A stretch of 64,000 nucleotides of DNA from the NCBI GenBank assembly GCA_030141605.1, contig JAQGDQ010000405.1:1-64000 (forward strand), given 5' to 3'. A program made the position numbers and the translations under genes. Below are positions 1-51,164 of this stretch, one piece after another. Under the pieces are notes generated by a model. That model worked only from the letters and a program-made list of their open reading frames with translations, was not told where the DNA came from and did not search any database. Numbering within the stretch: the stretch's first letter is position 1; every line of letters begins with the position of its first letter. This DNA is from Tubiluchus corallicola (Eukaryota > Animalia > Priapulida).

Positions 1-519
1 GTACGTAAAGGAAAAATATTGAGTCAATTATGCGGAGTTATTTGAGTCAATTACCGACAGTTTTTATGTACATTTGAATAGGAGTGGCCCGTACCAGGCG
101 TTTTTGAGTCAAGCTATTGAGTCTATTAACCATGAATCTATTAAGCAGCGCATACAGTACTAGATTATTTAAATCATATTTATTGCCATTGTGACAGTAG
201 AATATTTTGTGCAATTCGTTATCTGATGTGAGATAACAAATTTGACGTTGAAAGTCCACTACAAGAACGCACGGTTACACATTTAAATTTTGTATCAGTT
301 TCAGTTAATATGAATGGTTGATATGATATTTTTGAGCAGCAGGCTAAAATGAGTTATCAATGTTTATATTTCCGTTTTTAATCAAAGTAATCATGATGTG
401 CCATGAAATAATTCAGTAAAAGCCGTTTTTAAGTTTATTGCAGCGTGTGTGACATTTTTTAAAAATGTGCAAGTTTCTTCATTTTTTATTTCATCAACAT
501 TAATGCTATCTTTTTTCAG

Positions 520-579
520 TTTCCAATTTCTTATTCTGTTGCTGTACGATCACAAGGTATTGGCATTTGCAATTTACAG
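520..579 (+). CDS. TEP unit 1 exon (FPISYSVAVRSQGIGICNLQ)
   Basis: ttttttcag acceptor, gtgaag donor; homologous to unit 2 exon 43439-43501. Confidence 0.7.
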
Positions 580-3500
580 GTGAAGTATTCTTCTGTTATC
601 ATTAATGAAAAGATGAACTTTAACTCTTATATTTTTTTTAGAATTTTAGTACTTTTTACTCATTGTAATAAGGCTAAAGTCACAGTGCATAAAATTTATA
701 AAGCTAAAAGGTAGCTTTTCGTTGAGTGCACAACTGTACACATTCAAATGTGTCTATATCTTCTTAGCCACTTCATTTCTTATCTGTCTTTATTCTGCCA
801 TTGAATGCTGTGTCCCAGTCTGCAGAATGCCGAATTGCATAAAAAAGCTTTTGTGATCGTTATTAACCTGTATTGTCTAAACACGCATGTACCACATGTC
901 TGGAATTAATTATATCTTACTGCATTATAGACAGCAATCACTTTTGATGCACACGTTATTGCGCTACTGCAGTATTGGTAATGTGGGCATTTGATAAGAC
1001 CTATCTTTCTGGGTATTTTTCTGCAAGGACTTGTGAAAGAAGATCATTTGATACTTGTTACGTGGCAACAAAATATTACTGTACATGTTTAGTAGCATGA
1101 AATAGACATATTAACCTTTTTACTACGGAAGGCAGCACCTTGCCGCCTATGTTTTTCATACAAGGAATGGAAGGCGGTAGACTGCCGCTCAAGCTCAGCA
1201 CTAGGCGGAGTCAGGTCTGTTTAGTTCGCTGCTACGCCCATGCAAAAACATTGTAGAAAAGTTTAACAGCTGTGGGATTGGGGTGTGCTTCACAGTAAGT
1301 AAGGCTAATCCGCCAATCAGCATCTGAAGCCAGGTGAATTCCATAATACTGCACTGTATGGTATGTTCCCATGCAAAATCACTTGTAGATCTTCGATGAA
1401 ATGTATGTTTAGTTGATTGTTCTGCATTCTTATTAAATGATTGCATATTATGGATTAGTATTGTGTCTTTTGTAAAAACTGGTTTCTAAAGCTTATCTAT
1501 ATGGGTGTGCAAGTGAGTGTGCGTGTGTAGGAATAAAACTAATGTTTAATATTAGTACTTAATAATGAACAACTGTTTGTTTATTTACTAACACACCACA
1601 ATAAGTTATTGTCAAATGTGCAAAAGCCAATGTGGCCCAGTTAAAAACTTCCACCCTGCGTGCCTGGTAAAATCCTCTCGCGTAATTTATTCCTCAATTA
1701 CTTTGCAAGTATTTGTACGCCCCTCTAGATGTGCAAAAATACATAAGCAATTCTATTCATTTGGTAGCTGCGCATTATGATGATGTGCATTATGTGTTGC
1801 TGGGCAGCATTTGTCTTCTATGAAGTTCTCTTCTAATTTGTAATACATGTCTATCAAGTACATAGTCTCCGGTATTGATGTATTGAAAGAGACTTCTATA
1901 TGAACAGGATAACTTGTGCTAAATTCCTGCTTTCCAGCACAGCAATTTGAAAGAACACAAATGTATATGTTGGCTATGCTTTAGCCGGTGCTATTAAGGA
2001 AACACGAATGATGTTTTAATGTACATATGAAGATGCTCAGTATCATATGTCAATTACAGCATCTTGATTTGGCGTCATCTCATTAATGATTCGTTTTTTG
2101 GTTTGAGTCATTAGGAATAAAGGAGAATGACTTACTTTACATCAAGTAAGAATCTTTTAAGAAACATGAAGGGTAGTATTTGTGGTGCAAAAAGTTGGAT
2201 GACTTTGTGGTATAAAGAGTTGGATGACTTTGTGGTATAAAGAGTTGAATGACCTTGTGGTATAAAGAGTTGAATGACCTTGTGGTGTAAAGAGTTGAAT
2301 GACTTTGTGGTATAAAGAGTTGGATGACTTTGTGGTATAAAGAGCTGAATGGCTTTGTGGTGTAAAGAACTGGATGACTTCGTGGTATAAAGAGTTGGAT
2401 GATTTTGTGTTATAAAGAGTTGGATGATTTTGTGTTAGAAAGAGTTGCATGACTTTGTAGTATAAAGAGTTGCATGACTTTGTGGTATAAAGAACTGGAT
2501 GACTTCGTGGTATAAAGAGTTGGATGATTTTGTGTTATAAAGAGTTGGATGATTTTTTGGTATAAAGAACTGGATGACTTCGTGGTATAAAGAGTTGGAT
2601 GATTTTGTGTTATAAAGAGTTGGATGATTTTGTGTTAGAAAGAGTTGCATGACTTTGTAGTATAAAGAGTTGCATGACTTTGTGGTATAAAGAACTGGAT
2701 GACTTCGTGGTATAAAGAGTTGGATGATTTTGTGTTATAAAGAGTTGGATGATTTTGTGTTAGAAAGAGTTGCATGACTTTGTAGTATAAAGAGTTGCAT
2801 GACTTTGTGGTATAAAGAGTTGAATGAACTTGTGGTATAAAGAGTTGAATGACTTTGTAGTACAAAGAGTTGGATGATTTTGTGTTATAAAGAGTTGAAT
2901 GACTTTGTGGTATAAAGAGTTGGATGATTTTGTGTTATAAATTGGGTTCAGTTGGTTATGGTTGTTATGTGGCAGATAATTTTGTAGGCACTGTCATGTA
3001 TGCTGATGACATTGCCTTGTTGTCAGGGTCATGTAGACACTTACGTGAAATGCTTAAAATCTGCAAAAAATATGGTATAGAATGGAGTATCTCATTTAAT
3101 CCTAAGAAAACATGGCTTCTTTATTTTGGTAAAAGCTTTACTGGAGAGGGTGTAATTTGTTTTTGCGGTAAACAACTGATCTGGAAACAGACAGTAAAGT
3201 ATTTGGGTTGCGATATTTTGACAAGTGATAGTTTTTCTATTGATGTTTCAAGGTTAAAAAGGAAATTCATTGGTTCCGTGAATAATATTCTTTCAAGTAT
3301 GGGCCATAATCGTAATTACATAGTAGCTAAAACTCTGATCAATACATATTGTCTACCCATTTTGTTATATGGGTGCGAAATTGGGGGTATATCGAATAAT
3401 GAAGTTAATGCCATTAGGGTAAAATGGAACACTGCTTATAGAAAAATATTCGGTTTTAGACAAAATGAAAGCGTCAAATTGTTAATGTATTTTTGTGCCA

Positions 3501-6500
3501 CAATGCCTGCAAATTATTTAATAGATAGTCGAAAATTAAACTTTGTGAGAAAAATTGTAAACTCTTGCACATTGAGAATTCCAAAGCTATGCTACTATGT
3601 AAATAACAGTCAAGTAAATTTAAGATTTAAATATGGTTGCACTGTAGATCTAAATAAAAATGTAAAATTGAAGGTTAAGAACAACATTTAAAGATTATGT
3701 TTTAAGATATCTATTATAGCTCCTTACAACACTGTATAATGTAATACAATTACAAGGGAACTACAATGTGTGGTTATTGTAAAGTTGAATGTCTGTAGAT
3801 ATGTTACTTTACTAATATTGCATTACCTGTATATTTTTATACGAAATAAACTCATAATAATAATAATAAAGAGTTGGTTGACTTTGTGGTATAAAGAGTT
3901 GGATGACTTTGTGGTATAAAGAGTTGAATGACTTTGTGGTATAAAGAGTTGAATGACTTTGTGGTATAAAGAGTTGGATGACTTTGTGGTATAAAGAGTT
4001 GGATGACTTTGTGGTATAAAGAGTTGAATGATTTTGTGTTATAAAGAGTTGGATGACTTTGTGTTATAAAGAGTTGGATGACTTTGTGGTATAAAGAGTT
4101 GAATGACTTTGTGGTATAAAGAGTTGAATGACTTTGTGGTATAAAGAGTTGAATGACTTTGTGGTATAAAGAGTTGAATGATTTTGTGGTATAAAGAGTT
4201 GAATGACTTTGTGGTATAAAGAGTTGAATGACTTTGTGGTATAAAGAGTTGAATGATTTTGTGTTATAAAGAGTTGGATGATTTTGTGTTATAAAGAGTT
4301 GAATGACTTTGTGGTATAAAGAGTTGAATGACTTTGTGGTATAAAGAGTTGAATGACTTTGTGTGGTATAAAGAGTTGAATGACTTTGTGGTATAAAGAG
4401 TTGAATGACTTTGTGGTATAAAGAGTTGAATGACTTTGTGGTATAAAGAGTTGAATGACTTTGTGGTATAAAGAGTTGAATGATTTTGTGGTATAAAGAG
4501 TTGAATGACTTTGTGGTATAAAGAGTTGAATGACTTTGTGGTATAAAGAGTTGAATGACTTTGTAGTATAAAGAGTTGAATGATTTTGTGGTGTAAAGAG
4601 TTGAATGACTTTGTGGTATAAAGAGTTGAATGACTTTGTGGTGCAAAGAGTTGAATGACTTTGTGGTATAAAGAGTTGAATGACTTTGTGGTATAAAGAG
4701 TTGAATGATTTTGTGGTATAAAGAGTTGAATGACTTTGTGCCATAAAGAGTTGAATGACTTTGTGGTATAAAGAGTTGAATGACTTTGTGGTATAAAGAG
4801 TTGAATGATTTTGTGGTATAAAGAGTTGAATGACTTTGTGGTATAAAGAGTTGAATGACTTTGTGGTATAAAGAGTTGAATGACTTTGTAGTATAAAGAG
4901 TTGAATGATTTTGTGGTGTAAAGAGTTGAATGACTTTGTGGTATAAAGAGTTGAATGACTTTGTGGTGCAAAGAGTTGAATGACTTTGTGGTATAAAGAG
5001 TTGAATGACTTTGTGGTATAAAGAGTTGAATGACTTTGTGGTATAAAGAGTTGAATGACTTTGTGGTATAAAGAGTTGAATGACTTTGTGGTATAAAGAG
5101 TTGAATGACTTTGTGGTATAAAGAGTGGATTGATCTTGTGGTAAAGCAAATGATAAATATTTAAAAGTTTAGCCTGTGTACTAAACTGGTTTATCACTAA
5201 ACATTAAACATGTATCTTCACTATATATACATATATATAATATATATAAATTAAGCAATTCTGGTAATCATTATGTAAGACGTCTCGATTTATTTATAAC
5301 CATGTGTACACAAACATTTTACAGTTATTTACATTACTTAAATTTTCGTCTCCGCGGAGTACTGTATATAATATTTCTCACTGCCAAATTTCTAATCACC
5401 TTATTATAACTAACTGCTTCTTGATTACAGCCATAATGCAATTACCAGTTAATCGTGTGGTGGTGATGGTAGTGGTAGTAATATGCCAGTAACTTTGAGA
5501 CAACAGCATTTTTAGTCTTTAGGTACACCTATCAATCGGGTCTTGTTACACTTCATACCTGTAATAACTGAACATTCCTATGAATGAAGTACTTTTGGCA
5601 GCATTATCTACCATTTCGGTTAAACTTACACATGAATAGTAGGGGTGATCATCGAACGTTCGAATTCGATTCGAACAAGTTTTTTTAGTTCGAACTCGAT
5701 TCGAATCCAAAACTATAGATTCGAATAATTCAGCACTTCAATCACATATGTTCTTTATCACTAAAACGATTGAAACATTGTGCAATTAGCATAATTGTGA
5801 TTTCTGCACACAATTTTAAACAAATTACTAGTCGTTTCATTGCAGAACAAAATCTAGTGATATGCATGATCTTTGTAAGACTAATTTTTGCTGGTGGTTC
5901 GAAAACTTGTTCGAAAATCTTTCGATCTCAATTCGAATTCGAAACACTGAATTTCGGTTCGATTCGAATTCGCTTTCTGCTAGAGAATGCCTACCCCTGA
6001 TGAATAGGCCTTACAGGTTTTTATTCCTTAGTAATTTCTTACGCCATTCTGTTTACTCTGTATAAACTTTGGAAAAATTCCAGTGATTCACTCACTCATA
6101 ACACTTTTTTCATCTCCAAAAATATTTATCCAAATGAGTTGAAATATCTTTGATAGAATGAATAGTTAGGATGTCCTTAGTTCAAAACAAAAAGAATGTA
6201 GCTATCCTTTCGTTAATTTGTTAATTAGAGCTGTTTAATTAATTAATTGTTTTACAATAGTAATCCTGTATTTATCCTTGTAAACCTTGATGCTCAGGCA
6301 TAAAAACACTATTGTCCAGCATTGCTTTGCTTTTGAAAATGAAGCCAAATTAAACAAAATTGAATTGAAAAGGTATATGCACTACTAAAATAGACAAATT
6401 AAAATTGACGTTACATTTTTTCATGTAATTTTTTTGATGAGTTAACATTACTTTTCTTCAACTTAGATTAAATGGATGTGTAACATAAAGGCAATACCCA

Positions 6501-9500
6501 CACTGCCTTCGTTCAAGTTAGAACCTGAAGTTGTTCAGGATATGGGCTCAAACATCCAGGTTCAGGTTTGTGTAAGGTAAGGTAAGATGTGCATAATTAG
6601 GAATTAAAGTTTGCCATGCTGCTGCACGTTATGCAAAAATTTTAAGCAACAAAGAAGCAAAAACAAGCAAAAAGAATGGGCTAGATCACTTAAATGCCGA
6701 AGGCAGATTAACTGGGTGGGTTTTGAGGCTACCAGTAAATAATGCACTTATTAAAGCCTCCCTTGAATCAGTTCAGCCATTAAGGAAGCCAAGGGGCTGT
6801 ACATTACTCTCTTGGATGGATTTAATGCAAAAGGATCTCAGTGCAGCACTCCTGTTTCGCAAAAATAGGATTGTTTAGGCAGAAGGTGGATAGTATGATG
6901 TCTTTTGATGATGGAGCCCAAAATGTGCTATGTGATACCTGATACAAAATGATGCATTGAGTCAACACTAGCAGGGTCTAGTGGCTACTGAATTATTTGC
7001 TGTGTAAGCTTGTCTTAAGGCCAAACTTTTAGTGCAAGAGGCACTCATTAAATTCTTAACAGCGAATTTTTGTTACAGTTGTTTGGTATAAGATCAGTTT
7101 TTTGGCTGGTTGATTTTATTTTGTTTCTCTTGGCATGAGAATTTCAGTGAAATTTGCCATATATTATCACCCATCCTGTGTGCACTTTTCCACGCAGTAA
7201 TACCCTGTTATAGGGGCCGTCGACATATATTGATATCAAGTTTTTGGCCAATTTTGAGGACCTACCTACCTTGCATTATAATGGCGTTATCAATTGGCCC
7301 ACCACCTACCTGCCCCTTATATTGATATTGATACCACACTTTTTGTACATTTTATTCTTCCTCCTCCCAAGGACAGGCAACAGCATCACTTGCGTTAATT
7401 AACGGAAAACCATCATTGTATTCTACTGGTATCGAAGGTGGAGCAGTGGCAGCCCCAATTCACTGAACTCATTCTCATTGACCCAGTTTGCAGATTCTTC
7501 CTCCTCGCGGCCAATTTCAACCAGCCATTTCTTGTAACACATCACTTTTTCTGCACATGTGAAAAAATCATGAAGTCAGATAACGATATCACGACTAAAT
7601 CTTCTATCTACCTTGCGTTATAATGGCATTGTCACATCTTCTGCCACCTACCTACCTTCAACATGATAATTATCGTTATATGTCCGTGGCCCCTTGGTCT
7701 GGTATCATTGCTTTGTCTTCAGAAGTCAGATAAGATTGACCATTATGTAAAGAAAGCTCAACTAAAATATCGTTTAAATGTAAACAGAAACTTTACTTTC
7801 AGTATTTTTGTGCAATTCTGATTCATCCAAAAAGTATGACAAACCAATGTAAATGCTGTTGAAGTCCAGAAAAAAGCACTGAATTTGTTGGGTTAGATAA
7901 GTGGGGTGGCTAGAAACTGTATTCTTTTTTATGATAATCCTGCTGACAACCAGGATGGAGAGGTTATTGAATGTGCTAATTTTCCTTAAAGTAATCGTAA
8001 GAATAAACGTGCTAGGTTTACCTAGAAAATTTTTCACAGCAGTGTCCATAAGCATTTCCAAAAAAGTCTCATCACTGCTTCTATTTTATTCCAGTTGGTT
8101 CTATTATTTCCACCAAAACTTGCCCAGCTGTACTTTGTCCAAATTACATCACCTCAGTAGGAATTTTACAAGTAATGATATGTACTGTATGAGCTCGAGT
8201 ACCGAGTTTTTTTTAAACATTTTTGGCAACTTTTTTTAAACATTTTAACTGTGTTATATTTACTAAAATCTGTAAAAAACGATAGATAACATCATAGCAG
8301 TATCTATTGTGGATTTTACATTTCAGTAAAACTGCCAAGCCCTGTTGTTCACTATTGTGTGAAAATGTGTAACACCTAATTGACAACGATTGTGACTAGT
8401 CGATTTCAGAACAGGCTTGGCCTATTGTAGGCAGGTGTTAACGAGGTTAGCCTCATTCTGCATTAGGCAACCGAAATATTCATTTATAAGTAGTCTAATG
8501 CTGCTCTAATTCTACTTCAGATTGATTTTAATTACCGTGGCTTTAACTTATATTCTATTTTAAGGTGATTTTATCTAAGACTGTGGTTTTTAATTCCATT
8601 CTATTTGTTAACTAGATTGTGTTTTAACTAATGTGGTTTTAGTATGACCTTATAAATCATGATAGTCATGCTGGTGGAATCATAATGAATGTTTCTGATG
8701 TGACATTGATCATGGTTAATTTAATTTAGGTTAATTTAAATGTACTTAGTAATGCGAAAATATTCTGCATTATTGGCTACTGCGCACCTCTTGGTCATTC
8801 CTGGTATATAATGCAACAGCTCAGCAGTGTTGTCAGCTGCCACAAGAGCAACCTAGTAGTGGACGAACATGGCTTTTGTTATCAGTTAATCATTTAGTGG
8901 CTAGTTTCGCAGTGCGTGGTTTTCATATAAAATCATCCTATAGCAGCAGAGATAGTTAAAGTGTGTGAGTTTTTAGATAAGAAACTTTTTAATGAGATTC
9001 AATTTGACTAAATAGTTAGCCGTATTACGAATACAAAGAGGTGTAAATATTACGTCAAAAGCAATTCCCTCTTGTTAGAAAAGTTCATCATTATTTCAAT
9101 ACCGCGAGGAAGCTGTACTTTATAGAGATCTCATTTTAGTAGCATTAGTTGCAGTTACAAAAACAGTATGTCTGAATTTTACATCTTAAATGTTCTTTCA
9201 TCTTTGACAGCATCGATTGGTATTTGTATTATTTCTCGTAGATATCAAAAAAAGGACAAGGTTAGCAGTGGAATGGCTGTTGTTTGCATGCACTTGCCAT
9301 CTGGATATGTGGCTGACACCACTAAAGTGAAAAAAATTCTAGCAAGTGAGTTAAACAGGAAAAGTGCCGATTTTCCCTATGAACTACAGCGAATCGAAAC
9401 AGTAGCTGGGGATACCATTGTTAACATGTATTATAATAGGGTAAACAAAGGTTTAGATTTCATATTATTTTCAAAATGCTGATAATGCTAATATTGTCAT

Positions 9501-10980
9501 TAATATTGTGTAATTGAGTGGCGTGATAATGATGCTTTGACATAGTACAAAAGAATTTGCAAGCATTTTTAGATTTTCACATAGGTGGTTTGTACAGACA
9601 GCGAATAAAGGTTTGGTCCCATAAATACGACTCTTTCACAAGACTCTGGTTTGAGTCACGACCAGAACAATGCTTATACTTACTGTTCTTACTTGATAGA
9701 TAACAATAAACCGAACTTGCATTACTGTCGATGCCTTTAAAGCCTTCAACGTTAAGCTAACGAAACCAGCGGTGGTGCGGGTATTCGATTACTATGCTCC
9801 TGGTATGTATACTTATTTAACCATGATGACTGTGTTTGTCTCGCAACTTGTTTAACATTCGAATCAATAGAAATTTGTTACTTGCTAAGAATGCCTGATG
9901 CATTTAGGATAATTTATATTAGTTCTAGTAGCAGTTCAGTTCAGCATCCAGTTAGCATTTTTTATGGACCTACTTTGTAATATTTAGCAGCGTGCAAGTT
10001 GTGATACAGCATTTAGTGGCAGGACCAAAATCAATGTAGAGACTGTGGCGTGATTGGAACTGAGCTCATTATCAAGGATAATACTCTCAGATCTCTTTGT
10101 CACTGTAGGATGTACAACTTTTCTCAGTGAGTTAAGTTGTCAATGCATCAGGTGAGATGAAACTGCCTAAGAGTGTCTTTATGTCCACCCATCTATTTAC
10201 TGACTAGGATTACCTAACTTAGCAGACACCTTGACTGCTTGGTCATTCTTGCTCTTGTAATAGAAGTTTTAAAAAATTTTATTTGAACAAATCCTTGCTG
10301 TCAACATTGAGATTTGAACAGAGCATTTTTAGCTGAACGAACCATTACTATGAACAGTGACACCTGAACCGAGTTTACTTGAATGAACCCTTGCTGTCAA
10401 CATTGAGATTTGAACTGAGCAGTTCCAGCTGACTGAACTATTACTATGAACAGTGACATCTGAACAGAGCATTTTTACTTGAGCGAACCCTTGCTGTGAA
10501 GATTGAGATCTGAATTGAGCGTTTTTACTTTAACAAACCTTTGCTGTGAACATTGATATTTGAACTGAGCGATTTCAGCTGAATGAACAATTACTGTGAA
10601 CAGTGACATCTGAACCAAGCATTTTTACTTGAACAAGCCCTTGCTGTCAACAATACGATTTGAACTGAGTATTTTCAACTAAATGAAGCATTAAGTAAGC
10701 GATAAACAATGATGTACTCTGGATGACTGCATGAAAGTTTCAACCATCGCAACAATACACAACAGATACATGCCTATAGCATTTTGAATGACTCGATGTG
10801 CTGTTATTAACATTCATGAACAAAAGTCTTTTGAATATTTCTGACTTCCCAATTGTACTTGATTTTTCAGATGATGAAGCTGTGAAATTCTATACATTGG
10901 GAGCAGATGTTTTGCCTGGAACTGACCCGGATATTCCGCAGCCGACTACAATGATGTGTGTATCATACAAAACTCAATAA
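520..10980 (+). CDS. CD109: TEP/CD109-like unit 1, 3' part only (CUB end plus MG8/A2M receptor-binding domain); exons 520-579, 6467-6576, 9242-9440, 9700-9802, 10871-10980
   Basis: GT-AG exons join in frame and give A2M-family C-terminal motifs: SGMAVVCMHLPSGY, KPAVVRVFDYYAP-DDEA. Intron phases match unit 2 exons 28-32. The upstream part lies outside the window. Symbol means CD109-like; orthology is not tested. Confidence 0.85.
1111..1266. mobile_element. Possible piggyBac-type MITE remnant
   Basis: TTAA-cctttttactacg ... ttgtagaaaagt-TTAA imperfect inverted ends. Confidence 0.25.
2179..2941. repeat. 25-bp tandem satellite, left arm (about 30 units; TGACTTTGTGGTATAAAGAGTTG[G/A]A)
   Basis: Directly visible tandem units with recurring variant blocks. 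Confidence 0.97.
2942..3869 (+). mobile_element. 5'-truncated non-LTR retrotransposon (LINE), RT C-terminal part plus 3' UTR, inserted in the satellite
   Basis: ORF 2924..3691 with YADD, FNPKKT, VKYLG, LLYGCE motifs; AATAAA at 3845 then a (TAA)n tail; clade not determined. Confidence 0.92.
3866..5146. repeat. 25-bp tandem satellite, right arm (about 51 units)
   Basis: Same unit, more homogeneous; a 325-bp (13-unit) block recurs at about 4646 and 4971. Confidence 0.97.
5640..5999. mobile_element. hAT-type non-autonomous element (MITE)
   Basis: Ends TAGGGGT.../...ACCCCTG; perfect 8-bp TSD ATGAATAG at 5632-5639 and 6000-6007; TTCGAA-rich subterminal regions. Confidence 0.85.
6467..6576 (+). 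CDS. TEP unit 1 exon (IKWMCNIKAIPTLPSFKLEPEVV...VQVCVR)
   Basis: acttag acceptor, gtaagg donor, phase 0/2; homologous to 43919-44064. Confidence 0.8.
7212..7694. mobile_element. MITE, PIF/Harbinger-like
   Basis: TIRs AGGGGCCGTCGACATATA and TATATGTCCGTGGCCCCT; internal CCTACCTACC-containing duplicated segments. Confidence 0.65.
9242..9440 (+). CDS. TEP unit 1 exon, A2M receptor-binding domain (YQKKDKVSSGMAVVCMHLPSGY...YYNR)
   Basis: SxMAV...LPSGY motif; lies within ORF 9168..9482. Confidence 0.9.
9700..9802 (+). CDS. TEP unit 1 exon (ITINRTCITVDAFKAFNVKLTKPAVVRVFDYYAP)
   Basis: PAxVxVxDYY motif; 103 nt, the same length as unit 2 exon 49242-49344. Confidence 0.9.
10277..10693. repeat. About 50-bp degenerate tandem repeat (about 8 units, two subtypes)
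   Basis: Recurring TTGCTGTCAACATTGAGATTTGAAC and TTACTATGAACAGTGACATCTGAAC units. Confidence 0.85.
10871..10980 (+). CDS. TEP unit 1 last exon (DDEAVKFYTLGADVLPGTDPDIPQPTTMMCVSYKTQ*); may instead end at a donor after 10955
   Basis: tttttcag acceptor, phase 1; DEAV..Y homologous to the start of unit 2 exon 50368. Confidence 0.8.
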
Positions 10981-11644
10981 CAACTTGTTACAGGCTTATG
11001 AAATGCAGCTTGGTGTTCCGAACAAAATTTTTATTTTTAATTTTTTAAATGTAATAACAGGTATCTGCATTATGCTGCATACAAAACGGTATGATTTTTT
11101 ATGTCACATTTACTAAATGGCCAATATTGCAGTACTGCATTGTCATTTGAATTTTTACCCTATTATGAATTCCTTAACCCAAGTCACTTTTTATTTTACA
11201 AACACAGATTAACACTTTGCTGATAAAACAACTTGCAGGAGAGGCAGGTTCTTGTTGCTTGTTCCTTGCATCACTGCCATTAAACACAGTGCAATGATCG
11301 AAGCAGTGTGACTTGGTAACAAACATTTAGTGGTTGTCAAGTATCACATTTTCTATTGGATTTAGTGAGTGTCTAACTCTCTCCTCCCTCCCCCATTGCT
11401 GGAGCTTTTATATTTACTATGTTTTTTGTAGTTGCATTTGCCCGATCGCATTGTCAAAACAAAACCCCACATAAGATGCCTAAACATGACCTAAATTTTG
11501 AGAACCAAAATTGATATCATTGCTTAGTTCTTACCATTACTGTGCAAAATATGTTGGTGTGGTCTTTCCTGTCATGTGACAGGTTATGCTAAACTGTTAT
11601 GTAATTTCATTTTTGGTTTTATAAAGATATATTTTTCTTCTAAG

Positions 11645-51011
<39,367 letters not shown>

Positions 51012-51158
51012 TTTAACCTTGTTTTTGATAGACTCTCCATTTACTTGTACATGATACAACTTCTTACTAGTAGCTTTATATTATATTTTATCAAAGCGGG
51101 CATGTAGACTACGTAGCAAAAAAAAGATATATGTAGCTAAAGAGCATAAAACTGTTAA

Positions 51159-51164
51159 AATAAA
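51159..51164 (+). terminator. Candidate polyadenylation signal AATAAA for TEP unit 2
   Basis: AATAAA about 150 nt after the stop, followed by T-rich sequence. Confidence 0.45.

Noticed and set aside
2179-5146. CRISPR-like array, or the minus-strand ORFs of 71-302 aa
   Set aside because: Units are contiguous with no unique spacers, there are no cas genes and the context is eukaryotic; the ORFs are translations of the satellite.
11476-11582. Independent first exon for unit 2 (ATG 11551, MLVWSFLSCD, phase-2 GTTATG donor)
   Set aside because: Phase fits, but the hydrophobic stretch is very short for a signal peptide, the donor is weak and the upstream in-frame ATG (11476) is cut by TGA. Kept only as the alternative hypothesis.
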